64,000 bases of DNA from Octopus sinensis (GCF_006345805.1 NC_043005.1:106888001-106952000), one strand, 5' to 3'; counted from the stretch's first letter, positions 13,926 through 27,310 are shown. The notes: generated from the sequence alone by a model not told the origin. Made by a program: numbers and translations.

Positions 13926-14039
13926 TATCACCCATCCGATATGATAACAGAAAAAGAATACATCTATGAAGCAGAAAAGGCGAATTGGTGGCTATATAAT
14001 TGTGTTGGTGTACTTCTGTCAAGCAATCCAGCTAGAAGT

Positions 14040-14600
14040 TAGGGGTCCAGTCCAGTCCTGAGGTTTTCCATTTGTGAGACTTTCTAAGAACACATCTTAG
14101 CTCTTCCTCTCCTATTGTTTCCTATTTCAGCTCTTCAACTTCACCCAGTCTCCCTTTCTCACGTTCTGTCCAGTGACCTTCAGCATTATATTCTTTTTTG
14201 ATAATCCATATCTTCTTCCAGAACTCTTCCATTTTCTCAGTCTTAGGTTGTTCCTTTACTTCTATCTTGCTTTTGACAATTTCTGATAAAATTTCTTTGC
14301 ATCCACCTTGAATACCTTGATTTGAGAATGACATTTAATTCTTTTGTCATACATTCTGAGCTGTTGGGCTTTCAGTTGTATTCGTTGATTCCCTATTTCC
14401 TAATTTGCTGGGAGGTTTATAAAATCTTTCATTTTATATTTTTGCTTGACTCTTGTAGCTTTTTCCGTCTTAGCATTTACTCCTCTAGCAAGTTCATCGA
14501 GAACTGAAACATCCGCCTGCAAAAATTCGATCTCTTTTTGTATTACAACATACCATTTAGGAGGGCTATTGACATGGTTGCTCCATTCCTGTGTCGTCCT
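14040..14600 (-). mobile_element. Decayed R4/Dong-like retrotransposon fragment
   Basis: PPKWYVVIQKEIEFLQADVSVLDEL...KQKYK; KAQQLRMYDKR; KKFYQKL; EVKEQPKTEKMEEFWKKIW..KKEYNAEGHW. Confidence 0.8.
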
Positions 14601-14674
14601 GACATTATTATTATTATTATTATCATTATTATTATTATTATTATTATCATTATTATTATTATTATTATTATCAT

Positions 14675-14827
14675 TGAGTGAGAGAGCACTGCATGCTATC
14701 AAAGTGACACTGGGGTATAATATACGAAGACCAGTATACCCATCATGACTACCCGTCTGATAAGGGTACACTAGGAACATGCATCATAACCATATGTGCG
14801 CGACATGATGATCTCATATCAAGATAA
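14675..14827 (-). mobile_element. Terminal fragment of an unclassified LINE-like repeat (same family as 62085-62623)
   Basis: gagtgagagagcactgcatgctatcaaagtgacactgggg...gatctcatatcaagataaac is homologous to 62088-62227 and abuts an (ATT)n tail. Confidence 0.65.
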
Positions 14828-14868
14828 ACTTTGCCTTTCATCTTTTCGGGGTCGATAAATTAAGTACC

Positions 14869-15283
14869 TATTTCTTTACTACCCACAAGGGCATAAACAC
14901 GGAGAGGACAAACAAGGACAGACAAACGGATTAAGTCGGTTATATCGACCCCAGGGCGTAAATGGTACTTAATTTATTGACCCCGAAAGGATGAAAGGCA
15001 AAGTGGATCTCGGCTGAATTTGAACTCAGAACGTAACGGCAGAAGAAATACCTATTACTTTACTACCCACGAGGGGCTACACACAGAGGGGACAAACAAG
15101 GACAGATAAACGGATTAAGTCGATTATATCGACCCCAGTCCGTAACTGGTACTTATTTAATCGACCCCGTAAGAATGAAAGGCAAAGTGGACCTCAGCGG
15201 AATTTGAACTCAGAACGTAAGGGCAGACGAAATACCGCTGAGCATTTCGCCCGGCGTGCTAACGATTCTGCCAGCTCGCCGCA
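14869..15283 (-). mobile_element. SINE family A (tRNA-like head, two internal ~190-bp units) nested in a + strand family A copy
   Basis: Head gcggcgagctggcagaatcgttagcacgccggg in reverse; 14-bp TSD ataaat(t/c)aagtacc at 14855-14868 and 15287-15300. Confidence 0.9.
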
Positions 15284-16102
15284 TTAATAAATCAAGTACC
15301 ATTGAAAGACTGGGGTCGATTTAATCGACTAGACACCTATCACTAAATTTCAGGCCTTGTGCCTTCAATGGAAATGATTATTATTATTATTATTATTATT
15401 ATTGTCACAATGATGGGATAAATATATCTTGTTTTGTTATCATTGATGTTGGTTGTGGAGATATTTCAATATAGCCATAATGACTGTCCATATGAGGAAG
15501 AAAATAGTAATTAAAAATAATGAAAGACACAGAAAGATATAAACAAAAACATGAATTTGTTTTCTTTTTACTGAAAAAATCAATTTGGCACTTCTGTTTT
15601 ACTGTTTATATATATATATATATATGTGTGTGTGTATGTGTGTGTGTGTGTGTATTTGTGTGTCTGTGGGGGGGGGGTAATTATACTCCAAATACAGAAA
15701 TTTGAAATTAGCAATATAATAACCACAATTACAATTAAGATTTTTTAAATGAAGCCATTTGTCATTGATTGATTTAGCCATGGTATATTACTGGTAATGT
15801 AATGATTTTATTATTGCTACAGAAAAGAGCGATGTTACTACTTACGTGATTCCGTTGGCTGGAACGTCGACCTGTCTATCGCAATTACCGGTTTATGTGT
15901 GCTTTAGCGGAGTCTCCAATTCTAAAGATCTTCATCATGCTTTCATTACGCAGTAACTACCTTCCTTTCACACACAGAGTAACCGAAATTTGAACAACGA
16001 AACAATAGCAACCACTGATGCAAAGATCAAATTGATAGTTGTGGTTCACTTTTGTTAAAAACGACTTGTACACGTACATACATACATAGATACTTACATA
16101 CA

Positions 16103-16473
16103 CATTTTGTTGTTTGTTCTCCGTCGCCTACGGCGACGAGGGTTCCAGTTGATCCGATCAACGGAACAGCCTGCTCGTGAAATTAACGTGCAAGTGGTTG
16201 AGCACTCGACAGACATGTGTAGCCTTAACGTAGTTCTCAGGGACATTCAGTGTGACACAGAGTGTGACAAGGCTGGCCCTTTTGAAATACAGGTACAACA
16301 GAAACAGGAAGTAAGAGTGAGAAAAAGCTGTGGGGAAAGAGTACAGCAGGGTTCGCCACTATCCCCTGCCGGAGCCTCGTGGCTTTTAGGTGTTTTCCCT
16401 CAATAAACACTCACAGCGCCCGGTCCTATGACCGCGAGTCCGCTGCCCTAACAACTGGGCCATTGAGCCTCCA
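16103..16473 (-). mobile_element. SINE family C (tRNA-derived head)
   Basis: Reverse strand begins ggaggctcaatggcccagttgttagggcagcggactcgcggtc (A-box-like, tRNA-like), has no clear B-box, and ends in a CAA-like tail. Confidence 0.7.
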
Positions 16474-16773
16474 CATATATACGTATCTCCACATACATAC
16501 ATATGTACAATTTGAAGAATATTACATCAGACTTATAAAAATATGGTAATCGGATCTTTCATCATCTAAGAGGACAATATTTTATAATGCATCTGCGTTA
16601 CCAGAGAGGATAATAACACTTGGGACCCTTGACAGACCTATAGAGGAAATTCCGTTTTACGGGCATTAAACCCACAAGATCCTGATATCACACACATAAA
16701 CACACACACACACACGCACTTTTATTTAGATATATCATAGCCATCACCATCAGCATAACTCTCATCATCAGAA

Positions 16774-17000
16774 CCTATTTCTTTACTGCCCACAAGGGGC
16801 TAAACACTGAGAGGACAAACAAGGACAGACAAACGGATTAAGTCGATTACATCGACCCCCAGTGCGTAACTGGTACTAAATTTATCGACCCCGAAAGGAT
16901 GAAAGGTAAAGTCGACCTTGGCGGAATTTGAACTCAGAACGTAACGGCAGACGAAATACCGGTAAGCCCGGCGTGCTAACGATTCTGCCATCTCGCCGCC
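16774..17000 (-). mobile_element. SINE family A
   Basis: Full head-to-tail match to the family A consensus seen elsewhere in the window. Confidence 0.9.
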
Positions 17001-17249
17001 CAATCTCATCATCAGAACCATCATCAACATAACCCTCATCATCACCATCATCACCATCCACAAAAGCATTACAACTACAAATAGCTTTAGCACTTAAAAA
17101 CGACAATACCTTACAGAAAATATTTTTTGAAAAAGTCTCATTTATTGTGGTTTCACTTATCGATAATATCGTAATGAGAGATGAACGGTTTTGTTGGTTT
17201 TGTCTGAATTATTTTTACCGTCGTCGTTGTCCCAGTTGTTGCTGCTGCT

Positions 17250-17304
17250 TAAATAGTAGTAGTAGTAGTAGTGGTGGTGGTGGTGGTGGTGGTGGTATTA
17301 ATAG

Positions 17305-17335
<31 letters not shown>

Positions 17336-17640
17336 AAGTGGTAGTGGTGGTGGTGGTATTAACAGTTGTAGTTGTTGGTGGTGGTGGTATTAATAGTTGC
17401 TGTTGTTTTTGTTGTTGTTGTTGTTTGTGGAGGTAGTGGTGGTGGTGGTAATGGTGGTAGTGGTGGTAGTGGTGGTGGTATTAATAGTTGTTGTTGGTGG
17501 TGGTGGTGTTAGTGGTGGTGGCGGTGGTGGTATTAATTGTTGTTGTTGTTTTTGTTGTTGTTGTTGGTGGTGGTGGTATTAATAGTTGTTGTTGGTGGTG
17601 GTGGTGGTGGTGGTGGTGCACCGACGGTGCTGCTGCTGCT
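17250..17640. repeat. Compound (GTG)n/(GTT)n/(GTA)n microsatellite
   Basis: Repeated modules ggtggtggtattaatagttgttg. Confidence 0.9.
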
Positions 17641-18120
17641 GTTGAATATCGATATTTTAAAAAACGATATGAAAAATAAAGTAACAAAAAGCTTTATATT
17701 TCTCATAACATTTGATGACAATTCTTACTAATTATGTCGAAATATTGAATTGCTTCATGAACCTAATTAAACTGTTTTATATTATTGTGTTGTTGTTGTT
17801 GTTGTTATAATTTTTGTTGTAACTCTTCGTAGCTTTTCAAGCAGCTTGAAGGAGATTTCTATTAATATAATGGTTGTTAAAAGTGTGATGAAATGTCATT
17901 TTCAGACGGACTTCGATCAAAATCCTTGTAGTATTCAGTGTTCTGCTATCAAAGTCTTCTAGAGGCGAATTCTGGTTTTCATCCTTACTTGATCGTTGAA
18001 TTGAAGTACCACATATATACTGGGGTCGATATGTCCAACTCTTCGCTCAACCATAATCTGTAATATGGTTCTAATGTTTAAAACTCGATATTATTGTTCG
18101 TATGATATTGCTCGTTTTCA

Positions 18121-18515
18121 AGGCGGCGAGCTGGCAGGGTCGTTAGCACGCCGGGCGAAATGCTTAGCGGTATTTCATATGCCGCTACGTTCTGAGTTCA
18201 CTGAGGTCGGGACTTTGCCTTTCATCTTTTCGGGGTCGATTAAATAAGTACCAGTTACGCACTGGAGTCGATGTATTCGACTTGATCCGTTTGTCTGTCC
18301 TTGTTTCTCCACTCAATGTTTTGCCCTTTGTGAGTAGCAAAGAAATAGGTATTTTGCCCGTCGCTTCGTTCTGAGTTCAAATTCCGCCGATGTCGACATT
18401 GCCTTTCATCCTTTCGGGGTCGATAAATTAAGTACCAGTGGAACACTGAGGTCGATGTAATCGATTGGTCCCATCCCTCAAAATTTCGGGCCTTGTGCTT
18501 ATAATAGAAAGGATC
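18121..18515 (+). mobile_element. SINE family A, two units
   Basis: aggcggcgagctggcag head; two gttctgagttca...ggggtcgat units. Confidence 0.9.
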
Positions 18516-19225
18516 ATTGTTCGATATTTGTTGATTAAATTGAGAAAGAAACTAAATGTTCTGCAGCATCTAGTTCTGCCTTTTTACGTATGTGTGACTT
18601 CAAAAGACTCCAAGGTGGACTTCTTTCATGTTTAGCGCTCCTGTAACATAAATTCCCGTAACAAACTGCTAACTGAATCTCGAATGATCTGTCTCTGAAA
18701 ATATATTATCGCGCATTTAGATTAGATATTAAAATGAATGTGGATAACTGGGGGCTTTAAAATCCAAGTGTAGTTCCTCATGTTTAGAGCTTGGTTAACT
18801 TTGACGGAGTAGATCGGTGATGAAACTGAAATTTTAGTCAGACGGAACACTTAGGTCAGCAATAAACTGAAATATCTTCTCGTCGTTTTAAGATGGTAGT
18901 GTGTGATTTAAAAAAGATCTATTTTAACTGCTGGAGTGACTAAGTAAAAGTCCTTTCGTTTGGTTGTTCTCAGAGTAATTGTTTTGTATAATGCCTAATT
19001 GACATAATGTCTGCTTTGAAGTGATAAAGATTAAACAACAACTGAAATATTATCAATGGAAGCTAGCAAGCGTTGAAAACAAAATAAAGATATGATATCT
19101 CTATCTCTCGACTAGGGTTTTAGAATCAACGATATCACAACCAAAAGCATTGCAATTTTTAATGTTAATAACAACCAATGAGGTTTCTAAAGTGACATAC
19201 TGCCTTTCACAGTCAGGATTTTAAG

Positions 19226-19553
19226 TATCTTCTACTATAGCCTCAAGACGAGTAAAGTCTTGTGAGTGGATTTGGTGGACGGAAACTGTAAAGAGCATGT
19301 GCGTGTGTGTGCGCGTTTGTGTGTCTGTGTGTCTATTTATGTGGGTGTATCTTTATGTGTGTTTGTCCTCACCCCAACATCACTATGACAACAGATGTTG
19401 GTGTGTGTTTATGTAGGCGTAAGTTAGCGGTTCGGTAAAAGCAACGGATAGAATAAGTACCAGACTTACAAAGAATTAGTGCTGGGGTAGATTTCTTCGA
19501 AAAAGGAACCCTTTAACGCTGTGCACCAGCATGGCCGCAGTCAAATTACTAAC
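19226..19553 (+). mobile_element. SINE family B (5'-truncated)
   Basis: cttctactatagcctc...gtgagtggatttggtggacggaaactg, internal TG microsatellite, gcggttcgg...gatagaataagtac. Confidence 0.85.
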
Positions 19554-19581
19554 GTAAATGCACAATCCTTATATATATATA

Positions 19582-19976
19582 CTAGCAGTATCGCCCGGCG
19601 TTGCTCGGGTTGTAAGGGAAATAACTATATAAGCATTTTTAGAGAGTTATAGCCAAAAAATAGCAAAAAAATGCATTAAAAATTGAAAAAAAATTAAGGT
19701 AAATTTTTTTTTAAATCGTTGACACATCGTAGATATTTTGAGAGAGTTACTTCCCTTATATAAAAGCGAAAAAAATGCATTAAAATGGAAAAATATGATG
19801 GTAAATTTTTTAAAAATCGTAGACTCATCGTAGACGCGCGCTAATACCCAGAAGGGCTTGATATGAATCACGACTATAAGATACCCGCTTTTGGTTAAAC
19901 TGCACCGCAAAATGTGGGAGTAGTTACGAATCTAAATCGAAGGGGACAGACACACAACTTCACTCTTATATAAAGA
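19582..19976 (-). mobile_element. Non-autonomous Helitron family HelA
   Basis: On the minus strand A|TC start at 19976, 3' hairpin cccgagcaacgccggg, then CTAG|T at 19582. Confidence 0.85.
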
Positions 19977-20752
19977 TGGTTTTTTTTTCAGTCATAGAGT
20001 TAGATTTATGAAGGTCTTCAGTAGAAAATCCTTCGAATTCTGACTCGCTGCTTGATATAATGAAATTCGTATCCATTTTTTGTCAGAATTACAAATTTTG
20101 AAAACACAATAGGAACAAATTTCGGAAAAAAATCTCCCATAATTCACGGAATTAAAATTACACTTCGATTTTTGTACAAAACTGTATTTGAAGTGTTTAC
20201 GAAGTATAATACGTGTTTTCACGAATGTACTAAAGAGATTTACTCTGATATTCTCATTTAAATATGAATAGGTAAATTCGGGCGGTGTGGTAACAAAAGG
20301 GTTTATATAAGTGTCGTCTGTTTATACATAAACACTGTTTCATACTTTCAGTTTAGTCTTGCTCAAATCACTCGCTAATTTACTCTCTTCCAAGAACATT
20401 TTCACTCACTGTTATCTGTTAGCTTCCCATACATTTTACTCATGTATCTATCAGCGTGATAGATAGAAACAAATATTACATTTACTTTCATTTTATTCGT
20501 CGCACACTGTGTGTGTGCGTTTGCGTGTGGTGTAAAGCAGACTAAGAAAAGCATTTGACACACACACCAGAATGTGAGTTTTCTGTAAATTTTGCTTAAT
20601 TGGAGTTTAAATTTTAAAAACTGGACCTGGTATGACGCGATGCATTGTACTGTTAAAAATGCCAGGTAAATTGTAATTGAAGAAATCGTATATTGTAGAT
20701 TTGTATAACTCCCAAAGGGAGGCAGATAAAATCTGCCTTTTATAATAAGAGA
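19582..20752 (-). mobile_element. Composite Helitron (second Helitron-like 5' end + piggyBac end fragment + HelA), copy 1
   Basis: Colinear inverted homolog of 53484-55119 with the same internal junctions but unrelated flanks. Confidence 0.8.
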
Positions 20753-20854
20753 TTTATATATATGTTTGTGAGTGCATGTATGCATATGTATATTTGCAGG
20801 GAATATGTATAGAATATGTATATGTATGTATGTATATATATATACATATATATA

Positions 20855-20915
<61 letters not shown>

Positions 20916-20918
20916 ATA

Positions 20919-21235
20919 CTCTTTACTCTTTTACTTATTTCAGTCATTTGACTGCGGCCATGCTGGAGCACCGCCTTTAGTCGAGCAAAGCGACCCCAAG
21001 ACTTATTCTTTGTAAGCCCAGTACTTATTCTATCGGTCACTTTTGCCGAACCGCTAAGTGACGGGGACGTAAACACACCAGCATCGGTTGTCAAGCAATG
21101 CTAGAGGGACGAACACAGACACACAAAAATATACACACACATACATATATATATACATATATACGACAAGCTTCTTTCAGTTTCTGTCTACCAAATCCAC
21201 TCACAAGACTATAGCAGAAGACACTTGCCCAAGAT
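20919..21235 (-). mobile_element. SINE family B
   Basis: cagtcatttgactgcggccatgctggagcaccgcc...accaaatccactcacaag matches family B in reverse. Confidence 0.9.
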
Positions 21236-21434
21236 GAAACTTAAGATGGGACAGAAGTGTTTTGACTCTGGTCATCCGAGGATACGCATGTACACAGCTA
21301 TGCCTGAATCTTATCAACACAATATTGTATATAATTTATGTGACATTCAACAGTTAACAGCTGATAATTATGAGTTGAAACAACTGTAGTGATTTATAAT
21401 AAAGACTGTTAAATCCAACTTTCCGTGTTGAAAC

Positions 21435-21449
21435 TGTATACATACATAC

Positions 21450-21480
<31 letters not shown>

Positions 21481-21580
21481 CATACATACATACATACATA
21501 AATACATAAATACAGAGAGACAGAAAAACAAACGAGTACATACAAACACAACCACATACATACATACATACATACATACA

Positions 21581-21627
<47 letters not shown>

Positions 21628-21759
21628 GTATATGTATGTATGTATATGTACATATATATGTATACACGCACGTACACACACACATATATATGTGCGCACG
21701 CACACACCCACACACACGCACACGTGCATCGCTTATGCATGTATATACATATCGATCCA

Positions 21760-21812
<53 letters not shown>
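21435..21812. repeat. (TACA)n/(TA)n/(TG)n microsatellites
   Basis: Direct reading. Confidence 0.95.
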
Positions 21813-21818
<6 letters not shown>

Positions 21819-22695
21819 CCTGTTGTTGAATATTCACTCATAAAGAGAGTAAGAATGCGGGTGGAGTTCTGAATTGCAGATAGTATTTATACATTTATGA
21901 TTCGATTTGCAATAAAATCGAATTTAAAAGGAACGAGATTGATTCTGGATAAGGGGTTTACTTGCATCAGTGATGCAGTGACATTGAAATTCTAATGGTT
22001 TAGTCGTAAGGACGAAGTGAGAAATAAAAAGAGGTGAAGCGATGCGTGTATAGAACTTAAATTCAGAATGTGGGAGGGATAGGAAAATGAAAGACGTGGG
22101 TAAATAAAACGATTAGGTTAGATATCTTGTCGTCAATTTATCATGACAAGCTAAGTATATTTCTTTGGCAATATTTGAAGATTTTCTTAAATATAATTTA
22201 AGATAAATTATGTAGCTTTTTGTATTTGTATACATCCTTAAAGTGATAGCTTTTAAAAAATGATGGATGAACGAGAGAGATATAGACAACGGTAACGCTA
22301 AAGTTTTAGTTTTGTGAAGTTATATGAAGAGTGAGAGAAAAAGAACTGATAAATTCTTGTAAATGTGATTTCTTGTGTCCGTAATGTTGCAATTTGAACG
22401 GGATGTTTCGAAGGATGTAGAGACGAACGGAAGAAAAGTGACCCGGTGAAGAAAATGTTGAAATCAGCTAAATAAAGAATCCAGGTAATATATTGAATAC
22501 TAAGCTTATCATGGAGGAGAGATAATCAAGTTTATTGTTTTGACAAAGTTTATAGATTCTCAAATATAGAATTAAGATAAAATATATGGTTTATTTGCGA
22601 TTTGCAAAGATCGATGAATTGACAGTTTTTAACCGTGATGGATGGGTGATAGAAAAGTTTCACTTCTCTAAGTGAATTGTAGAAATATAGCGGAC

Positions 22696-22746
<51 letters not shown>

Positions 22747-22764
22747 TGATGATGATGATGATGA

Positions 22765-22985
22765 TAGAGATTTTGGAGCTGGATGACATTCTATGCAGAG
22801 AAATGAAAGTCAAGGTCAGTGAGGCGTATAAAAAAAGTGTGAAGATGTTGTTGAAATGCAACCTGAATGCCAAAAATTTGATTACCGCAATGAATATCTG
22901 GGCAGTTGCAGTGGTCAGATATAGTGCGTTCATCCTCAAATGGACTAGGGAGGAAATATCAACACCGGATAGAAGGACGAGAGGA
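22765..22985 (+). mobile_element. R4/Dong-like RT C-terminal fragment after an (AAT)n(GAT)n run
   Basis: ILELDDILCREMKVKVSEAYKKSVKMLLKCNLNAKNLITAMNIWAVAVVRYSAFILKWTREEISTPDRRTR. Confidence 0.85.
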
Positions 22986-23700
22986 CCGATCGGGAGATCT
23001 GAAACAGTTCCATGTGGTGGCCATTAAATTTGACCACCGAGCAGATGCCGCTGTGCATTGCAGTGATCCAGCTTCTGAAGATGGGGTCGAAGCCAGCTGC
23101 CTTGAGGACAGCCTCCAGGTACCGATGGTCGACCCTATCGGATTCATCTAAATTGATCAGAACCCCTCCGAAGCCCTTTCTATGATGTCTCGCATGAAGT
23201 GGAGGTTGTGTATGGACCTGGTCGGGATTGCGCTGGTTTGCGTTTCCCTAATCAAATCACCGGCGACGAGCGCCAAACTCTTCGCTAAAATCTTGACCAG
23301 AATTTGAAACTGTGTTGAGCAGAGTTATGGGTCTGAAGTTATCTAATGTGTCCCTCTTGTTTTTGTCTTTCCTTATCAGCATCACTACCCCTCACAGAAC
23401 TGGGAATACGCCCGTTCTGCTTCGAGTTCCAGTAGAGCGCTTCGAGGAGATCGGAGAACAAGTCTGGCATATTTACGTCAGCGCTCTCATTGATCGATAG
23501 TAGTAGTAAATAAATTTGACCTCTGCTGACGCCAAGGGTATGAGGTTCATTTTGTCTCCTGCTCTCGCAGGAATGCGAAGGCCCCTTGTGGATCTCCTTC
23601 TCACCATCTGCCGTACACATTTACAGGCCTGTGGAATTGAATCTATTCACGAAGCTGCTTTATTTCCTCCTGATTATCTCAAGTCGAAACTAAACAACAT
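22986..23700 (-). mobile_element. L1/Tx1-like LINE reverse transcriptase fragment
   Basis: GVVMLIRKDKNKRDTLDNFRPITLLN; KILAKSLALV; RSIHNLHFMRDII; DRVDHRYLEAVLKAAGF; VVKFNGH...ISRSV. Confidence 0.9.
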
Positions 23701-23899
23701 TTAATAATACTACACACTAGTAGGAGCAAAGATGGCAGATTTGACTAATGTTGGTAACTAACGATGAGCAATGCTATGATAGCAAGATTAAAGTAACTAT
23801 AACGGTATTAATGGCGGAGTCGCTAATAGTGACAGAGACAACAACTCTCTCTAGTACACCACATCGCTTGTCTTATGGTTAATCTGAAGCGTGTCCCAC

Positions 23900-24640
23900 T
23901 GGAGTGAGCCTTCCTGGGGACGAAAAATCATCTATTGGCACTAAACGCTTCCCTGAATACGAACCTGGATGGTTACTTGAACGGGAATTGCCCCAACTCG
24001 AGTCCTCCAAGTTCGCCACCACACCCACCACAGAAAGAAAAAATATAAGAGGATCATATGGACCTGAGAAGAGTATACAGAAGTAATATACCTTTATTGC
24101 TACGCATTAGGCAGGCCATCTGAAGAGAAACACACCGCACACTCTAGTCAAATATAGAAAACACTAGGAGGGATATTTTCATTAATAAAAGACTCACAGA
24201 TAGTGAAGTAACCGCGAACCAGCTCGCAGCGGAAAATGACATAAATATAAAACAGAAAGGAATTGAAGAACTAGACGAAGAGAGCAAATTTCCATGAGTC
24301 TCAATTGAAAGACTGCCATCTGACCAGAACACGCAAACGTCTTGAGAAATGAATTGTAATGAACCTAATAAAGAAACAATATTTGAAGACTACACATTTA
24401 CTGAAGAACATAGACAGTCTATGATAGAACTGAAGCAGAAAATCCCGAATAAGCTTGAAGTTGTAAGGCACGTCAATATGCAAGAGAGAGAACCATTTCA
24501 TAAGCTCTCAAATACAATCCAAAATAGAAAACAAATTAAAATTGGAACTTAAGTAATAAAGGAAATTATACAAGAACTAAAACGAGATCATATAGAATTA
24601 AATCAAATTAGTTACGCAGTTACTAAAACAAATGAAACCA
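23900..24640 (+). mobile_element. Decayed 5' region of an R4/Dong-like element
   Basis: RKKYKRIIWT*EEYTEVIYLYCYALGRP resembles the N-terminal WT.EE motif of these elements. Confidence 0.55.
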
Positions 24641-25156
24641 GCCTCTAAAAAACCTGCAGGTAGTAAGCACGCTACGCATGCAAGATCCAGGAGCTCCAAC
24701 AAAGCCTGCGATGAAGAGAAAATAATAAAAGCAGCGGGTGGAAAGAAGATTTATTTCAAACTTTCGCAGAAGACCAGCGTTTTTAGTTGGAGGATATTGG
24801 TAAATCACATTGACAACCTCACTTGCTTATAAAAGATTGTGAATAAAGTCTATGGGTCCTAGATCGTTTGTATATGTTCATATATATAGGCCTGTCTCAA
24901 TATTGAATATGGTGAACTTACGAATTCTCAATCTTGATTGTTGGAGATTGAATACATTAGCAATAAAATGGCATATATCTTTAATCAATCGAAGATTAAT
25001 TTAGGAAATATTAGTCAATAATACTGTGATGGATTTGACTTTTAGTTATAAATATTGACATAACAATTCATGTAATGCATGAATGAACAGTAAGGGTTAC
25101 ATATGACTTTCAGCAAGTTTTATGCAGTCTGATTGCTTCAGAGACAACAACTAATA

Positions 25157-25545
25157 CCTATTTCTTTACTGAACACAGAGGGGTCAAACACGGGATTAAG
25201 TCGATTACATCGACCCCAGTGCGTAACTGGTACTTAATTTATCGACCCTGAAAGGATGAAAGTCAAAGTCGATCTCGGCGGAATTTGAACTCAGAACGTA
25301 ACGGCTGACGAAATACCTATTTCTTTACTACCGACAAGGGGCTAAACACAGAGAGGACAAACAAGGACAGACAAACGGATTGAGTCGATTACATCGACCC
25401 CAGTGCGTAACTGGTAATTAATTTATTAACCCTGAAAGGATGAAAGGCAAAGTCGACCTCGGCGGAATTTGAACTCACAACGTCACAACAGACGAAATAC
25501 CGCTAAGCGTTTCGCCTGGCGTGCTAACGTTTCTGCCAGTTCGCC
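25157..25545 (-). mobile_element. SINE family A, two units
   Basis: Two reverse copies of the core plus the head gccagttcgcc. Confidence 0.9.
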
Positions 25546-26014
25546 TAAGGAGTCTAATGAAATCGAATCATTCAGAGTTGTCTCCCTTATTTGCTCATAC
25601 AAAGAACAGGTGTTAATTTGATGCCTTGTATATTTGCCTAATCAATATATTGAAATCTACTGCTACTATTTCTAATATTGTAAGCTCTGGAAATAATGTT
25701 GTCCAAATTTTTATTACTTAAATATGGGCCAGTGTCCATCGATAATTAAATTAACGATTTTAATTTAAAATCATTCTTCTGTAAGCTCGGTGATAGGAAG
25801 AACAGCATGGGAGATAGAAAACCTTTTATTTTAATCAACTCACTAAACTAGCTATAGGCGTCCTATAAAGTCAGTCGCATCAGCATCAATAACCCCATTA
25901 TTTTCAGAATAACCGATGGCTACAAACATTGGAAAGATGATCAATTTTATCACCGCCACGGTCATCACCACCGCCAGCTCCACAGCTGATGCAGCCTGTA
26001 CTGCTACTGTCACA

Positions 26015-26113
26015 ACTAGCAGCAACAGCAGCATCACCACCACCACCAGCAGCAGCAGCAGCAGCACCACCACCACCACCACCAGTACCACCGTCACCAC
26101 CACCGCCACCACC

Positions 26114-26144
<31 letters not shown>

Positions 26145-26270
26145 CCACCGTCACCACAACCACCAGCATCACCACCACCACCACCACCACCACCAGTAGC
26201 AGCAGCGCCACCACCATCACCACCACCACTACCACTACCACTGCCATCATCACCATCAGCAGCAGCATTT
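26015..26270. repeat. (CAC)n/(CAG)n microsatellite
   Basis: Direct reading; the T/P/V-rich ORFs are artefacts. Confidence 0.95.
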
Positions 26271-26989
26271 CTAGTAACACAATCGATACGTGACTAAACA
26301 GGTACAACAGCAACAACATCAATAACCGGCATCAAAAAATAAATACAAAAGAGATTTTCCATAAGGTCATTTTACCTGTCAGAAATAGCAGCTAAGTCGC
26401 TATCAAATCTGACTCCCACCAACCTTTTAAGAAAAGAATTCGACCGACACGGCGGTCCTGGATTCTTTGTACGTAAGAAAAACACTGCATGGGTCCGGGT
26501 GGAATGCTTTGATCATTGAAATGCTCGATAAGGTCTGACCAGGGGCTAAACAACAACGAACAAGAACAGCCATCTGCGCCAGGCCATCAACTCCACCATA
26601 ATTTTCGGTAACACCACAAAATACTTATGCTCACTCTATCCGCTCCTGTTTCTTGTCCTTAACAAGTCACCATTACCACCAACAACATTTACACTACCAA
26701 CCTTTAACCACTTATACTACAACCTCAACTCAAATGCAACAAAGATGAACATCACTTCCATTTTACTCCACTACATCCCCACCACAAACAATAACAGCAA
26801 CAACAAATTTATTACCATGCTATCGCCACTTCACTGGTATCACTACAATCGGCTTGACCAAAACTGCTGCCAATAACTATAGGCATGGCTTTGAGGTAAG
26901 AAGTTCCCCAAACACACAATTCTGGATTCATTCCCACGACCAAAATCTTTTAGGTGGATATTTGGTAGACGAAAATTGAAAGAAGCCCG

Positions 26990-27033
<44 letters not shown>

Positions 27034-27310
27034 TATTTATTTTTTATTTATTTATTTATTTATTTATTTTTATTTTATCTAGTTTCAGCTCACGAGCTGT
27101 CGCCATGCTGGGGCACCAAAATAAAATAACGAACTTATCAAGTGGTTAGCATGAAAAAAATAATCTTCAAATGTAATAATTATTAAAATTATAAGTTAGG
27201 GTATCTACGAGATACCAACATGCTGAAAATAGCAGCCATGATCTGACTCTAAAACCACCTTAAGTTTTCATATAGCAACATGGTGAGAAGACAAAAGACA
27301 AGATGAAACT

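Noticed and set aside
15846-15960. Minus-strand donor CAC|GTAAGT at 15846
   Set aside because: All upstream frames are closed and there is no acceptor; a UTR exon cannot be supported without RNA data.
16400-16473. tRNA-like sequence
   Set aside because: The T-arm/B-box is missing and it continues into a SINE body; not a tRNA gene. The same applies to the family A and B heads.
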